In this document: piece by piece, positions 24,900 through 38,305 of the stretch
Numbering within the stretch: position 1 is the stretch's first letter
Layout: each line of letters opens with the position of its first letter
Assembly: GCA_964016885.1 (NCBI GenBank)
Contig: OZ024740.1
Coordinates: 331,514,001 to 331,578,000 of the forward strand
Origin: Eledone cirrhosa
Taxonomy: Eukaryota
Direction of reading: 5' to 3'
DNA: 64,000 bases
Position numbers and translations under genes: made by a program
Notes under the pieces: generated by a model
Databases searched by the model: none
Seen by the model: the letters and a program-made list of their open reading frames with translations, nothing else
Told to the model about the DNA's origin: nothing

Positions 24900-27017
24900 G
24901 TTACAGATCTTATCGGCCTTTTTCTTCTTTTCTCTATCAAGTAAGAATTCACCGACGTGGGCGCTGATTTGTACCGTGACGAGGGTCTTTTGACCATGAC
25001 AAAGTGCGGTCCACGTGCTTGCGACAGGTTGAGAAAAGTACTCACAGCCTACTTTAAAGGCTTCAACCTCTCCATACAGGTTGAGGCCAACCTCTCGGTC
25101 GTTAAATACCTCGATGTTACCCTCAATGTGTCGAACGACATGCTCTGCCCGTATAGAAAGCTGAATGATACGCTTAATTACATAAGTAAGCATTCTAACC
25201 ATCCACATATTACAATGAAGCTCTTGCTCGTAGTGGATTTGTCGATAAGGTAGCATATACTACCTCAAAGCATAGACCGAGGAAAGATAGATCCCGACGC
25301 ATTATATGGTATAACCCACCATATAATAAGGAGGTGGCCACACCACTAGCTAAGATCTTTCTCTCCCTTATTAATAAGCATTTCCCATCAGCACATAAAT
25401 ATAATAACATTTTTAATAGAAATACCATTAAAATATCTTACTCTACGGCACCTAACCTTGCACATAACATCACTACTTCAAATGTAGCTAAATTACCTAG
25501 CCGTAGGAACATGTGCAACCCTTTAGCTAGTACTAACTGTAATTCTAGGAATCGGGTTGACTGCTTTCTATCCGGGAAATGCCTCTCCAGTAATATTGTC
25601 TACAAATGTAAGGTCGAAACACCCACGTACCGTATGGCATGCATAGGGTTAACCGTCAATAGATTCAAGCAGCGTCTTTACATGCACACCCATCTTTTTT
25701 TTAACCCTTTAAGAAGGAATATGACGTCACTTTTAGCTTATATCTAGAGTCTAAAAGACAACCACACCCAATATAGGTTACACTGGGAGATCCTAGCTTA
25801 ACCTAGATCGTATAACGGAAATAAAAGACCATGCCATATTTGCGTCGCTGAAGCCCTGGAAATACTCTACGCCAATGACCATATCTTAAACAAAATCTGA
25901 GCCAATTTCGGCTTGTAAACATAAATTGCATAAAACTTTCCTATATTACAGCCCCACATTATACCCTAACGGCTAGCACGAACAATACGCGGATAATTTA
26001 CGCCTTGGTGTGGTAGCTAAGTATATTTCATGTTTATACCATTACTTATTTGTATAGGTAAGTAAACCTTACCCGTATGTTTTGTGAGGGTACGTATACT
26101 TTCTCGTACGTATATATGCTTGTAATTGTTATAGGTGTATATATTATATTATATATACTGGTATGTGTGTATATGGTTATGTGTATATGAGTATTTTGTG
26201 TGTGCGTGTTTATGCGTGTTTGCACGTATGTAATGTGTGTATATGTGTACATTTTGTTTTGTTTGACGTACGTTTGGTGAACATATATGTATTTACCTCT
26301 AGCTATGTGTGTTATATACGTATTTATGTGTGTATATTTATATAAGTTTATTTAATTATATGATATATATACACACACATATATATTTTTTTAGGTGTAT
26401 TTGGTGTATACTTTCGCATGTGTCGGCGCGAATTTATGTATGTGTGCGTGTTTATGTGTACGTGCTTGTATATGCATGCATGGCGGGTGTTTTCGCGTAT
26501 TCAAGTGTATGTACGTATATAGATGGGTTTATGTATATATTTAATTATTATTGATTTTAATACCCTCATTCATTTTCGTTGTACTAATTTATTTACAATA
26601 TTCTTAACCATGAAGCCGAGAATCATTCGCTTTCCTAAATAGAATATTAGTCTACGACTCCATTTATACCTTAAAACTGGTGATGTCTTTGTGTGTAATT
26701 GTTCTCACCGCCCCATATTACGACGTATTATCTTCGCTTTTTTCCGTTCATTGCCAGGGAACGTCTTCACGAACCAAAGTATCGTCTTCCTGTTTTCCCA
26801 CGGTTGCAACGTTTTACGAAATATTTACTTCTGCGTTCACAGATTGATTTTTTAGTTTCAGAAGATCCCGTTAAGGGTGAAAGCAGCGATGCTTTGCTTA
26901 AACTTTAATCTGTTATTTTAATAAATATTTTCTCTAGGGCTCTTATATATTTGATATATATTTATCCTTATTGACGCCTCGTGGATTTTAGTCCTCAAAT
27001 TTATTATTATTATTATT
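24900..27017 (+). mobile_element. Degraded Naiad-type Penelope-like element 2, RT C-terminus/GIY-YIG plus 3' UTR/pLTR
   Basis: Motifs LYRDEGL, YLDVTLN, SNHP, WYNPPY, IKISYS, CNSRNRVDCFLSGKCL..NIVY..CIGLT..FKQR and CHICVAE. 26923-27015 is the reverse complement of 24717-24808. Confidence 0.8.
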
Positions 27018-27200
27018 ATGGCAGTATCGCTAGAGGGTCGGACACCATGCTTTCCAGCATAGAGTTACGCCCCTTTATGGTCTGAGTTCAAATCCCGCCA
27101 AGGTTAACTTTGCCTTTCATCCTTACGGGGTCGATAAAATAAAGTACCAGTAATGCACTGGTTAATTGCTGGCCTTGTGCCTAACGTAGAAACAATTATT
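27018..27200 (+). mobile_element. S1 SINE
   Basis: Near-full S1 sequence directly after (TTA)n. Confidence 0.85.
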
Positions 27201-27786
27201 ACTATATATATATCTGTATCTTTACCTTCTCTAACAGTCACTCTCTCTGTTAGCCTCTTCCTCACCCTTCACTCATTCACTCTCTGTTACTACCTCTCCT
27301 TCTCCTTCTTCCCGTTTGACCTGTGCGTAATTCTTTTCTTTCGCACGCTTGGTCAGGCTGGTCCGCCTTTTTTCTCTCTCTCGTCTATGATTTCACAGAA
27401 CCTATGTTCACCGAATTCACAGACTAGATTCCTTCTTCCTCCCGTTAGACCTATACGGAATTCCTTCCTTGCTCACATTCCAACCAGGTTTGATGCTCTT
27501 TATTCTCTCTCGTTCACGATTTCACCGAACTTATATTCATGGAAATTTGGGACTTGACTCTTTCTACCTCACTTTTAGTTGCTTCACCATCTTTGATTGT
27601 TTACACTCTTGCTGTCCCCTTTATTTACGCGTCCCAACGATTTTTTTAGCCGTCGCTCGCACCAACCGGCGGTATATGGTCTTTAAAGCGAAGAAATACC
27701 TGTGATGGTTGGAAGATCACTGACGAAGGACCACTTATTCATATGTAACCATTTGCAACCACGCAGCACGTTTATTCTCTTATTCT

Positions 27787-27866
<80 letters not shown>

Positions 27867-27944
27867 GAAAAATTGAACAGGGACAGAACAGAGAGGCAGT
27901 ACGATAAATGTTTATTAAATTCACGCTCAGGAGAGTGGGGGGTA

Positions 27945-27990
27945 GGTGGGGGACGACGTTTCGGGCATAAGCCCTTCTTCAGGTGAGAGT
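27945..27990 (-). ncRNA. Minimal hammerhead-ribozyme-like motif in a probable PLE pLTR fragment
   Basis: Minus strand: CTGAAGA-A-GGGC-TTAT-GCCC-GAAAC-GTC-GTC. Stem II is intact and stem I is weak. Confidence 0.6.
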
Positions 27991-28526
27991 TCAAAAGGTG
28001 TGTAGGGGAGTGGTGGAGAGACATATAGCGAAAGGAAACGGTGCGAATGAAAAATTAACAAATAAAGACAAAAATATAATAAATAATAAATAAAAATAAA
28101 GCATGATCGAAATACAAGGAATGAGAAAATTTAAAAATAAAGGCATGATCAAAATAAACTGAAATTAAAAGGGGGGTAAACAGGTGGTGGAAGGGTGTGG
28201 GGTGAGTAGAGGTGGTGGCGGGTGGAGTGGGGAGAGGGAGACGGGGTGTCCGAGCGGGGAGGGCTGAAGGTGGTGTGTGTGGTTAGGTGTGCGTGTGTGT
28301 GTGTGTGTGTGAAAGTGAGGGTTGGGGGAAGAACGGGGTTGCATGTTCAGGAAGGTGTGTGTGGGGGGTGTTTTTGTGGGTCGGAGGGTCTGTGCGTGTG
28401 TGGATAGGGGGTGGGGGGAGAGGAATCAGGGGGCTGAGGGTGTAAATATGTGGTGGGAAGCACGTGTGTGTGGTTTAAGCGTGTTGTGGGTGTGGGTGGC
28501 GTGTGGATAAAAAAAATTGTTTTGGG

Positions 28527-28675
<149 letters not shown>

Positions 28676-28677
28676 AA

Positions 28678-28822
<145 letters not shown>

Positions 28823-29039
28823 ATATGTATATATATATATATATATATGCAACAAACAATCAAACTAAATATGTTTACGTATTATTTGTTTCTGATTATA
28901 TCGAAGGCAGTGAGAGTTGGAGAATAAGTGTTTATTTTTCCTTTTTATACTGTAGTTATTCTGGTTAATATAATCTTACATAGTATCTTTGGAATATCTG
29001 GATCAATTAACACCGTTTATAAAAGACTAATGATTTCAC

Positions 29040-29295
29040 TGTTGGAAGAATTGAGTATCATGTCATACGCAATGCCGAGAGGCCAATTCATATCCGCAAT
29101 ACAAATGAAGTTATAGCAGATGGTTATGCGGAGACTCTTAAAACGTCCCAAAGGTCATGTAAATGGTGTTTCAGGACACTGTGATTGTTCGGGGGCAGTC
29201 GTGTGCAAGGGTAACGTCATGCCTTCTCACATCATTCATTTAGGCTTAATAGTTAATGCTGTTGATTATAAGGACGTGCTAGAAAGGGATTTGCT
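29040..29295 (+). pseudogene. Tc1/mariner-superfamily (maT-like) transposase remnant
   Basis: Peptide GAVVCKGNVMPSHIIHLGLIVNAVDYKDVLE resembles the G-V---G-VMPP-F---GL-VN---Y--VL segment of such transposases (recalled pattern, not searched). Confidence 0.45.
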
Positions 29296-30132
29296 AGAAA
29301 CGCCTCCTCGGGTCATTCTGCATAACTGTGTAAATTTTCGCTGCATTCCACCAAGCCGTTTCGATGTTTTTTCCGATTACACCTACATATACAACGTCCG
29401 ACCACTTCCAATTTATATAGTAGATTTATTAACATAACAGTTTAAGCAAAGAATCGCTGTATTCACTCTTAACGGGATCTTCTGAAACTATAAAAATCAA
29501 TCTGTGAACGCAGAAATAAATATTTCGAAAAACGTTGCAACCGAAGGAAAGCAGGAATACGATACTTTGGTTCGTGAAAAAGTTCTTTGGATAGAGAGCG
29601 AGATCAAAGGAGAACTCCAGACAGACCAACAATTCTTATACGGTCAAGATGACCGAGGAATAGATGAAGTACAATATCCAGGACTACGTTCCACTATTAC
29701 GTATAGTGTATATTCGAAAGAGATGTCAATCGATGCTCTCATAACATTATAAAATCTCTGACGTCCACTATAATTGGCACAGTTTTCTTATTCTGATATG
29801 TCAATGCTTCACATATTGTATTGAAGCGATCATCGAGACTATCGGCAGATTCATTAAGTAGGCATTTCAGGAAGTGTTACAAAATTATTGGTGCCAATTT
29901 CCTCTCACATAAGTTTTATGCTCATGGACGTATGAGCCTTTTCATAAATTCCTGCAAATATCCTCAAAGGACTGAGTGACCTTGAACTTCGCTTCTTTTA
30001 ACTTTCTTTGATAGGGATCACACCACCCGGTTTCTCTGCTTTCAATATCATCCTTCCCCAACCTATTAGTTCCTTCAGTCTTCGCAGGAGTTTCACCACT
30101 GACCTGGATTTTACCAACAATGCTACATTATC

Positions 30133-30285
30133 TGCCATGCTTTCTAGCATAGTTACGTCCCTTTACGGTCTGAGTTCAAATCCCGCCGAGCTTAACTTTG
30201 CCTTTCATCCTTACGGGGTCGATAAAATAAAGTACCAGTAGTGTACTGGGTATTTGCTGGCCTTGTGACTAAAGTAGAAACAATT
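30133..30285 (+). mobile_element. S1 SINE (5'-truncated)
   Basis: S1 similarity. Confidence 0.85.
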
Positions 30286-31074
30286 GTCTATAAAAGCTTT
30301 TCTTGTTGAACGAATCTATATTAAGCTGGTGTGAATGGTTGTGCCACGAAGAATGACTTCCATTCTATGATTAAAGCATATCACATTGAGCACCCAGCTA
30401 CTTCCCTAACTGCATCTTATGCTAAACTGGTGTAAACTACTTTGTTGTAATAGACCGTAGGTTTTACTACTTTCCGAATGTTTCAGAAGGTGTCCTTAAC
30501 AAACTTTAACAATTTGTATGGAACTGATCCAAAAGCATTTTGCCTGAATACGCTACACAGCTACCATATTATGTTCTCCCTCTTTACTTTTCAGCTGAAG
30601 CGTTTAACATAAGTGCCTATCAAAATTGTGTTATGATAGGATATATTAAAAGCTTATATAATGGTACGAACAGAAAACGATGAAATTCAACTTTTAATTC
30701 AGAATCTCTAAAGAAGTCAATCTACAATTTAAATGATTTAGTTTCGCGAGTGAAATCGCTGACGTGTTATTTAGATATATTGAGGTTACATTTTACCTCG
30801 TGATATCTTCGGAGTAAGATTTTTAATATGCTATCCTAAACTTATTTCGTTACATCATATACAGAAATCTTCATATATCAAATTATGTTTTATGTTTCCG
30901 AACACAAATCACTGAACGCCAGGAATATTTCTGTAATTATATCATGTCGAATAATATTAATTCCCAAATTCATTTAGTTAATGAACGTTATATTAAAAGA
31001 CGAATATCATGCCAAGCTGACCAATGAAATATTTCCAATATTAACATTGATTTGCAAATTATATTTCATTCAAT

Positions 31075-31447
31075 TGGCAGTATCAGTAGAGGGTCGGACG
31101 CCATGCTTTCTAGCATAGTTACGGCCCTTTACATTCTGAGTTCAAATCTCGCCGAGGTTAACTTTGCCTTTCATCCTTACGGGGTCGATAAAATAAAGTA
31201 CCAGTAATGCACTGGGTAATTGCTGGCCTTGTGCCTAAAGTAGAAACAATTATTATATAGGTGGATTGGCAGTATCGGTAGAGGGTCGGACGCCATGCTT
31301 TCCAACATAGTTACGCCCATTTACGATCTGAGTTCAGACCCGCCGAGGTTGACTTTGCCTTTCATCCTTATGGGGTCGATACAATAAAATACCAGTAATG
31401 CACTGGGTAATTGCTGGCTTTGTGCCTAAAGTAGAAACAATTATTAT
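31075..31447 (+). mobile_element. Head-to-tail S1 SINE dimer (31075-31255, 31260-31447)
   Basis: Two consecutive near-full S1 copies. Confidence 0.88.
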
Positions 31448-32141
31448 ATATTGACTAACAGCACATAATTAACACTAAGTAAATTGGAAAATCGGCTCCG
31501 TTAATATCATGTGTACTCTATGTAGTACACACTGATAGAAATGATACGTACAATATTCGGTTTTCACACAAAGTGGTGTCCGATCTGATTATGTTTAATT
31601 ATGGCAAAACGTATTATATTCCGGCCAATATATATATATCACGTAAATATACGAAGGTGTTGCTTACACCCGTGACGGAGTTAATTTCCAAAATTAAAAT
31701 CAAAATTAAAAGAGTTAAAGTAGCTGTTTTGATTCTTTATTTAAATTAAGCTCAGATTTGACACTAAAAATGCATTAAGATTATCATTAATATTGCTTTC
31801 AGCGATCGAGAGCGTACTACGCTCTTTTGACGTTCTCAACATTCAGAACGACACACATATTTCTATAGCATTTACTTTAAGAATGCTGATACAATAATAA
31901 ATTTATTCGTAATAACTTGAAAGGATATCAGATTCTTCTACAGTATTTCGTAACACTACAGTTAAGATTTTTTCTTCCAGCTAGGTGTCAAAAGGTAATT
32001 TTAACGGACTAAAATGTAATCGTAAGCATTTAGACATAAACTTAATTCTTCATTTAAAGTAATTATTGAAATATGTTTTCTCTTTAGTGTTTTAATTGTT
32101 TATGCCAATTATAATCTGATATTATTGTATTCAACATTTTT

Positions 32142-32320
32142 TGCAGAATCGGTAGAGGGTCGGGCGCCATGCTTTGCGGCAAAGAATTACGGCCCTTTAT
32201 GGTCTGAGTTCAAATCCCGCCGAGGTTACCTTTACCTTTCATCCTTATGGGGTCGATAAAATAAAGTACCAGAAATGTACTGGGTAATTGCTAGCCTTGT
32301 GCTAAAAGTAGAAACAATTA
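32142..32320 (+). mobile_element. S1 SINE
   Basis: S1 similarity. Confidence 0.85.
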
Positions 32321-32789
32321 TTTTTACTTTATACTGATGGTAGACGCGAGGATAATACTATTATTATAAGATCAGATTCAAGATGGAAACGCGTGTGCAC
32401 ATGGCTGTTCCTCACCTCGGAAACAAAGATTGTCTTGTTCCTTATGTACGATATTTCAGTGTTGAATTTATAATTAATTTCTTCGAAATTATCTCCTTTA
32501 CATTCAAATTAACTGTTTGAAGTATTTGCTACCCTATGACATTCGGTATACAGGCATTTAATTTGGTGTGCAAATAATCCATACATTTAATTTGGTGTGC
32601 AAATAATCTTGCAAGAATGGTTAATTATTCGGAGTCAACGTTAATATTAGAATATTTGTACGATCTTCAACAGCAGCGTTGTCAAAACAATTCTATGAAA
32701 ATATATTATTGTTTCTACTTAAGTCACAACATCAGCAATTTGAAGGGAGAAGGAAAGTCGAATAAATTGATCCCAGATCATCCTAGATC

Positions 32790-33640
32790 TGCTGTTCTCA
32801 GACGACTGTGCCGTACTTGTGCACAACGACGAAGATCTCCAGATAACCCTTAGCTGCTTTGCTCGGTCATCCGAAATATTTGGCCTGACCATCAGCCTCA
32901 CGAAAACTGAAGTTATGTCCTAGAAGCCAGCAAATGAAAATTACTACCCTCTGAAGATTAACATCGATGGGCAGTAAAGCACTTCACTTATTTGGAAGCG
33001 TCAGCCTCAAAACAAAGATGTGTCTAGAAAGCTGTTGTAGTCACTACTCTCCTCTACGGAGCTGAAAACTGGGTCCTGCGCCGTAAGCAGATCAAGCTAT
33101 TGGAAATATTCATTCAGCAATGCCTTCGCTCCATTATGGGCATCCGTTGACAGGACTACGTAACAGACGATGAAGTTCTAAAGAGTGTTGTTATCACAAG
33201 CATTGAAAGCATCACGATGGTGAGAGGGCTCCACTGGGCAGGCCATGTTTTGAGCATCAACGGCTCTATGATTCCAAAGGCAATTGTCTACGGCGAACTA
33301 CATCAAGGCAAACAAAATCAAGGGGCACCCCGAAAATGCTTCAATGACCAACTCAAGCACCAGCTGATCCAAGGCAATATAGATCACAGTGAATGTGAGA
33401 ACGACCATCAAGACAGCTGCAGCGAGCTTTGAGGAGAGCAGGAAGGGGGCAGCTGAAGAGAAAGATCAAAGAAGAAAGCTGTTCGCCACCAAACAACTAA
33501 CTGACCAAGTACATAATTGCACCAACTGTACGAGAGCCTGCAGGTGCAGGATTGGCCACTACAACCACCTCATCTGTGCTACCACATGGAACAGGATGAA
33601 TAATTCTTCCCATTCATCTTCGCAACTGAAGAATTCGCCA
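32790..33640 (+). pseudogene. RTE-clade LINE 3' remnant
   Basis: Broken peptides FGLTISLTKTEVM, TLLYGAENW, QCLRSIMGI, LHWAGHV..IPKAIVYGELHQGK..GAPRKCFNDQLK and a C-terminal CTNC..RIGHYNH. Confidence 0.75.
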
Positions 33641-35157
33641 TTCATTTTATTAATATTGATTACTTTTAAATATCTGTTAAATCAAGGCAACATTCTTAAA
33701 TATTATAAAACATAAGTGTAGCCCCCGTATCATTTACATTCTCATCAGCAATTTAGTTTAATTCTACGTTATTCTTAATATTATTTCAAAATTAGTTAAT
33801 TGTTCATCGATGTGAAGTATATTATTTCTAACACTAGGAACCCGATCTCACTAATGCCACTAAAGAAACTTATCGAAAAGAAATTTGCTACTGAATCGTT
33901 ACTTATTTTATTCTTACACATATACTTGTCCTGAACATTTTTTTCTGTTTAATGTCAGAATGAATGCGATCAAGGTTAACATATTCCCTACAACAACAAA
34001 CAGTTGAAGTGTAGATGCAAGTAGCAGAACGTTTCTAAACCAAATATATTCATACTCAAAAGGAAAAGGTTTTCAATTGAAATTATCTATTCTGTTTATT
34101 CTTATTTTAATATCCCATTAGTTAGAACAAAGCATATATATCTATAAAAAAAATTAACATTTATTTTTATCTGATAATGTCGGTCATTAGTATTTGTTTA
34201 ATACTTTTGTCAGACAACCAGCCATTCCTCTGCACAATGCTCATTACGTAAAGTATCGTCACGGTATAAATTTGTTTCAATGTATTTTTATACATAAATA
34301 TGCGATTATGAAAATCGTTTATTTTATGGAAATAGCAAAATTCAAACATTTTGTAAAATTAGTGATACTGGGAATATCCTTATTTCAGAAAATATATTGA
34401 AATATCTTTACATTTTTTAATCTGGTTTTCAATAAGCTAATTAATACTGCAAATGAATTTTTAGATTTTATCCGACGGAAAAATTCAAAAAGCATTAAAT
34501 GTATATAATGTGTGTGTATTATTGAGTATAAAACAGAAAAAGTTATATAATTCAGTTCTTCAACATTTCGCATTTATTAGCTTAGTTCTCAAGATATTTT
34601 TGATATCATTTCTAGATATTAAACGATAAAAACATCTTCGATAGTAATGGAGCACATAAAATATATCTTTAAAAACATCGTTTATTGAATATGAGATAAT
34701 AAATTGTAGTAACATTCACCACATAAATCAGAAATACTTATTTTGTGTAGTGAGTTAATGGATCTTGAATGATATATTTTCGTTTGCCATTGCTTAGAAG
34801 GTTGTTGGGAACATGTCATATCAATGTAACCGGAGTTACATTATGATGTTTAGAGACAATATATAACGGCAGATGATTTGTATAACGTCGAGTGGTTTAT
34901 TTTATTGCATCATCGTTTAGTAATTTGAATGGCCAGTTATATTGGTATATTAAACTTAATGTTTATACCCTACTAATTGTAGTTACACCCTATTGAACCC
35001 AGAATTCACACACACACACGCACACACATAGGTATGTATATATATATATTACCCACTCTAAGGGGTCATACCTTTTCCTATTACCCACTCTACTACTCTA
35101 AGTATTGAGTACTCTGGTGCGTTATGGTCCATCTGGTTCCTTACCACAATTTCTTCG

Positions 35158-35201
<44 letters not shown>

Positions 35202-36239
35202 ATGTGTGTGTGTATGTATATATACATTTATTAGCATGTTGTCAACTTGCAAGCTACTGTTCAACAATTTTCTATTGGCTACTTTAGTTTTTTCAAGTGA
35301 TTATTGAAAAGAAAATTTTTTTCCTGAATTTTATCATAGTTGCTTCGAAGAAAAAGCGTAATTGTTCTTTCTATTCTGAGTACAGCTATAGTATTATATT
35401 CAAATGTCTATTCATTGCCCATCCAAGCTTAATCAATACTTAGACATAGAATGTATTATTTTCCCTTAAAGGAGTCCTGAGCGCATTGCAAATCTTCTTG
35501 AAATGCATAATAATAGAATTCAAAGATTTTAAAACATTGTATTGGTGGCAATTGTATTGAACTAACTTCAATAATAGTGTGTTTCTTTTTTAAAAAATAT
35601 ATTAGAAAGCTACTACTATTTCACACTGAACATGTTCCCGGATGCCTTACAAATGGAAGAATGAAATAACGATTTTCAAATAGAATTAGTGACAAAGAAG
35701 ATTTCTAGTAATAGAATGGTAATTAAAATTACTGTAAATATAAGACCTACTATGGCATATGGGCAGACGCTAGACATGAACATTATTTTACGTTAATGTA
35801 AATGTTTTGTCAACAATTCTAAAGCGAATGACTCATTTCATATGATGGTTTTATAGATACCATATTATACTTTAGAAAGTATTTCGCAAAGCACATATGA
35901 CATGTTTATAAGAGCACGAATAAGATATGTTTAATAATAATTACGATACTGCTTATTTAGACTTAGAGAAATTACAGAAAATATACAAATACAGCATGCC
36001 GGGGTAAGAAAAGCTAATTGTTGAATTCTATTATCATGTTTTTAGATATGTGGTAATAAAAATGAAGTCGGCGTATCCTTGCATATGTTTATGTAATGAT
36101 GAAATCTTATACTCCTGTTCTTGCAAAATACTCTGGTAAATCGATTACTATAAGTCAATATTCCAACAAAACATATTTCCTGAGTGGTATTACCGTTTTA
36201 ATAACTGACGAATTATATGAAGTATATGACCGATTTATG

Positions 36240-36420
36240 ATAATAATTGTTTCTACTTTTGGCACAAGGCCAGCAAATACCCAGTCCATTACTGGTACTT
36301 TATTTTATCGACCCAGTAAGGATGAAAGGCAAGTTAACCTCGACGGGATTTGAACACAGACCGTAAAGGGACGTAACTGTGCTGGAAAGCATGGCGTCGG
36401 ACCCTCTACCGATACTGCCA
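36240..36420 (-). mobile_element. S1 SINE
   Basis: S1 similarity. Confidence 0.85.
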
Positions 36421-36736
36421 AATTGGTAATCTGTTATGTGTAATGTATATATTTTTGCTATTAGATGTGATTACTTACATGTCATACATACATCACCCAA
36501 ACATTAATTCGAAGTATTGCTTCATGAATCATTATAGATATAAAGGCAAATTTTTAAAAGTTAAATATTAAATCATTTTTCATGAACCCCTAAAACATGT
36601 GATGTACACATAATTCAGTTTGGCTACAACGCAGTTTGTGTTTGTAACATATGCCAAGTGTTCAAAGCCGTGGTAAAACTACACACCTACAGTAACAAAG
36701 AAACATTCTTAAATATGTGTGTGTGCGTGTGTGTGT

Positions 36737-36805
<69 letters not shown>

Positions 36806-36943
36806 AATTAAAATACTAGAGTGTGTTGAGTTAAACACCCGCTTCATATTATAGAAATGACAGTAAAGGTATAGCTCAATGTAATTAAACAGAGCCGAAG
36901 AATTATGAAAATAAACCAAAGAAGCCTTCAATACATCAAAAGT

Positions 36944-36997
36944 CTTTATTAGCCAACAATGTTTCGTCCTATTAGGGACTCATCAGGGCAAGTAAAG
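36944..36997 (-). ncRNA. Minimal type I hammerhead ribozyme (inverted pLTR)
   Basis: Minus strand: TTGCC-CTGATGA-GTCCCTAATAGGAC-GAAAC-ATT-GTT-GGCTAA. Confidence 0.8.
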
Positions 36998-37415
36998 TTA
37001 TATTTACCGATTATTCGATGTACCCTTATGTTAAATTTTGTAAATTCTGTAATATGTTTATATTTTATTAATTTTTGTAATGTTTAGATAATATTTATTT
37101 ATACCAATTGTATTAAAACTTGACCTCCGACTGTTTTCTTACAACGGTATAGATATTTTTCCAGCACAATTTTTTCAACACAATTTAGTTCTGTATGATA
37201 TTTTTTTCCCACCATGTGTGTAACTATATATGATTTGTTAAGTTATATCCCAATGTATTATAATATTGTTATTATAGTGTTATTGTAATATTTATATTGT
37301 TTGTGCAAATTGACCGGAGATTATAAATTATATAATTATATAGTATATTATATATTATATGTTTACTTTCACTCATTTCTTTATCATTTTATACTGTAAA
37401 TAATATATGTATTAT

Positions 37416-37590
37416 ATTTTTATTTTTATTTTTATTTTTATTTTTATTTTTATTTTTATTTTTATTTTTATTTTTATTTTTATTTTTATTTTTATTTTTA
37501 TTTTTATTTTTATTTTTATTTTTATTTTTATTTTTATTTTTATTTTTATTTTTATTTTTATTTTTATTTTTATTTTTATTTTTATTTTTA

Positions 37591-37613
<23 letters not shown>
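37416..37613. repeat. (ATTTTT)n hexamer tract (~33 units) inside the 5' pLTR
   Basis: Read directly. Confidence 0.95.
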
Positions 37614-37621
<8 letters not shown>

Positions 37622-38040
37622 TATATTTAAACTCTTAATAAGTGTTAGTTTGTGTTTGTATTGATGGATATGTGTATTGATATATATATATATATATGTG
37701 TGTGTACATATGTATATATATATATATGTATATTGGGCCTTTTAATATTATTATTATTATCATTATCAATTATATTATATTATATTATATTATATTATAT
37801 TATATTATATTATATTAGATTACATATAGTACTGTAATTCTCGCTTTATATCACCACTTGTGATTAGTTTTAGTTTTCGCATTGTACTATATTTGTAATA
37901 TGGTTCAAAATGTTATTCACTTTCTTAGCAATTTTTACTTGATCATTTTTACTTGATAATTTTCCTATGCTTTAATGTATGTATACTCCATATTCTTCTG
38001 AGTTTTTTGGCTTGTATTGGCCGATAGTGCTTCTTATAAC

Positions 38041-38093
38041 TTTACTTGCCCTGATGAGTCCTTAATAGGACGAAACATGGTTGGCTAATAAAG
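38041..38093 (+). ncRNA. Minimal type I hammerhead ribozyme (5' pLTR)
   Basis: Core CTGATGA 38051-38057; stem II GTCCT-TAAT-AGGAC; GAAA 38072-38075; one C-G pair closing stem III; GTT triplet 38080-38082; stem I GCC/GGC. Confidence 0.85.
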
Positions 38094-38305
38094 ACTTTTG
38101 ATGTATTGAAGGCTTCTTTGATTTATTTTCATAATTCTTCGGCTCTGTTTAATTACATTGAGCTATACCTTTACTGTCATTTCTACAATATGAAGAGGGT
38201 GTTTAACTCCAACAGACTCTAGTATTTTAATTCTTGTTACGGCTCATGATTGGTTGAGCTTCCTCCTATATACTGGTATTTTGGCCTTTATATATATCTA
38301 ACAGT

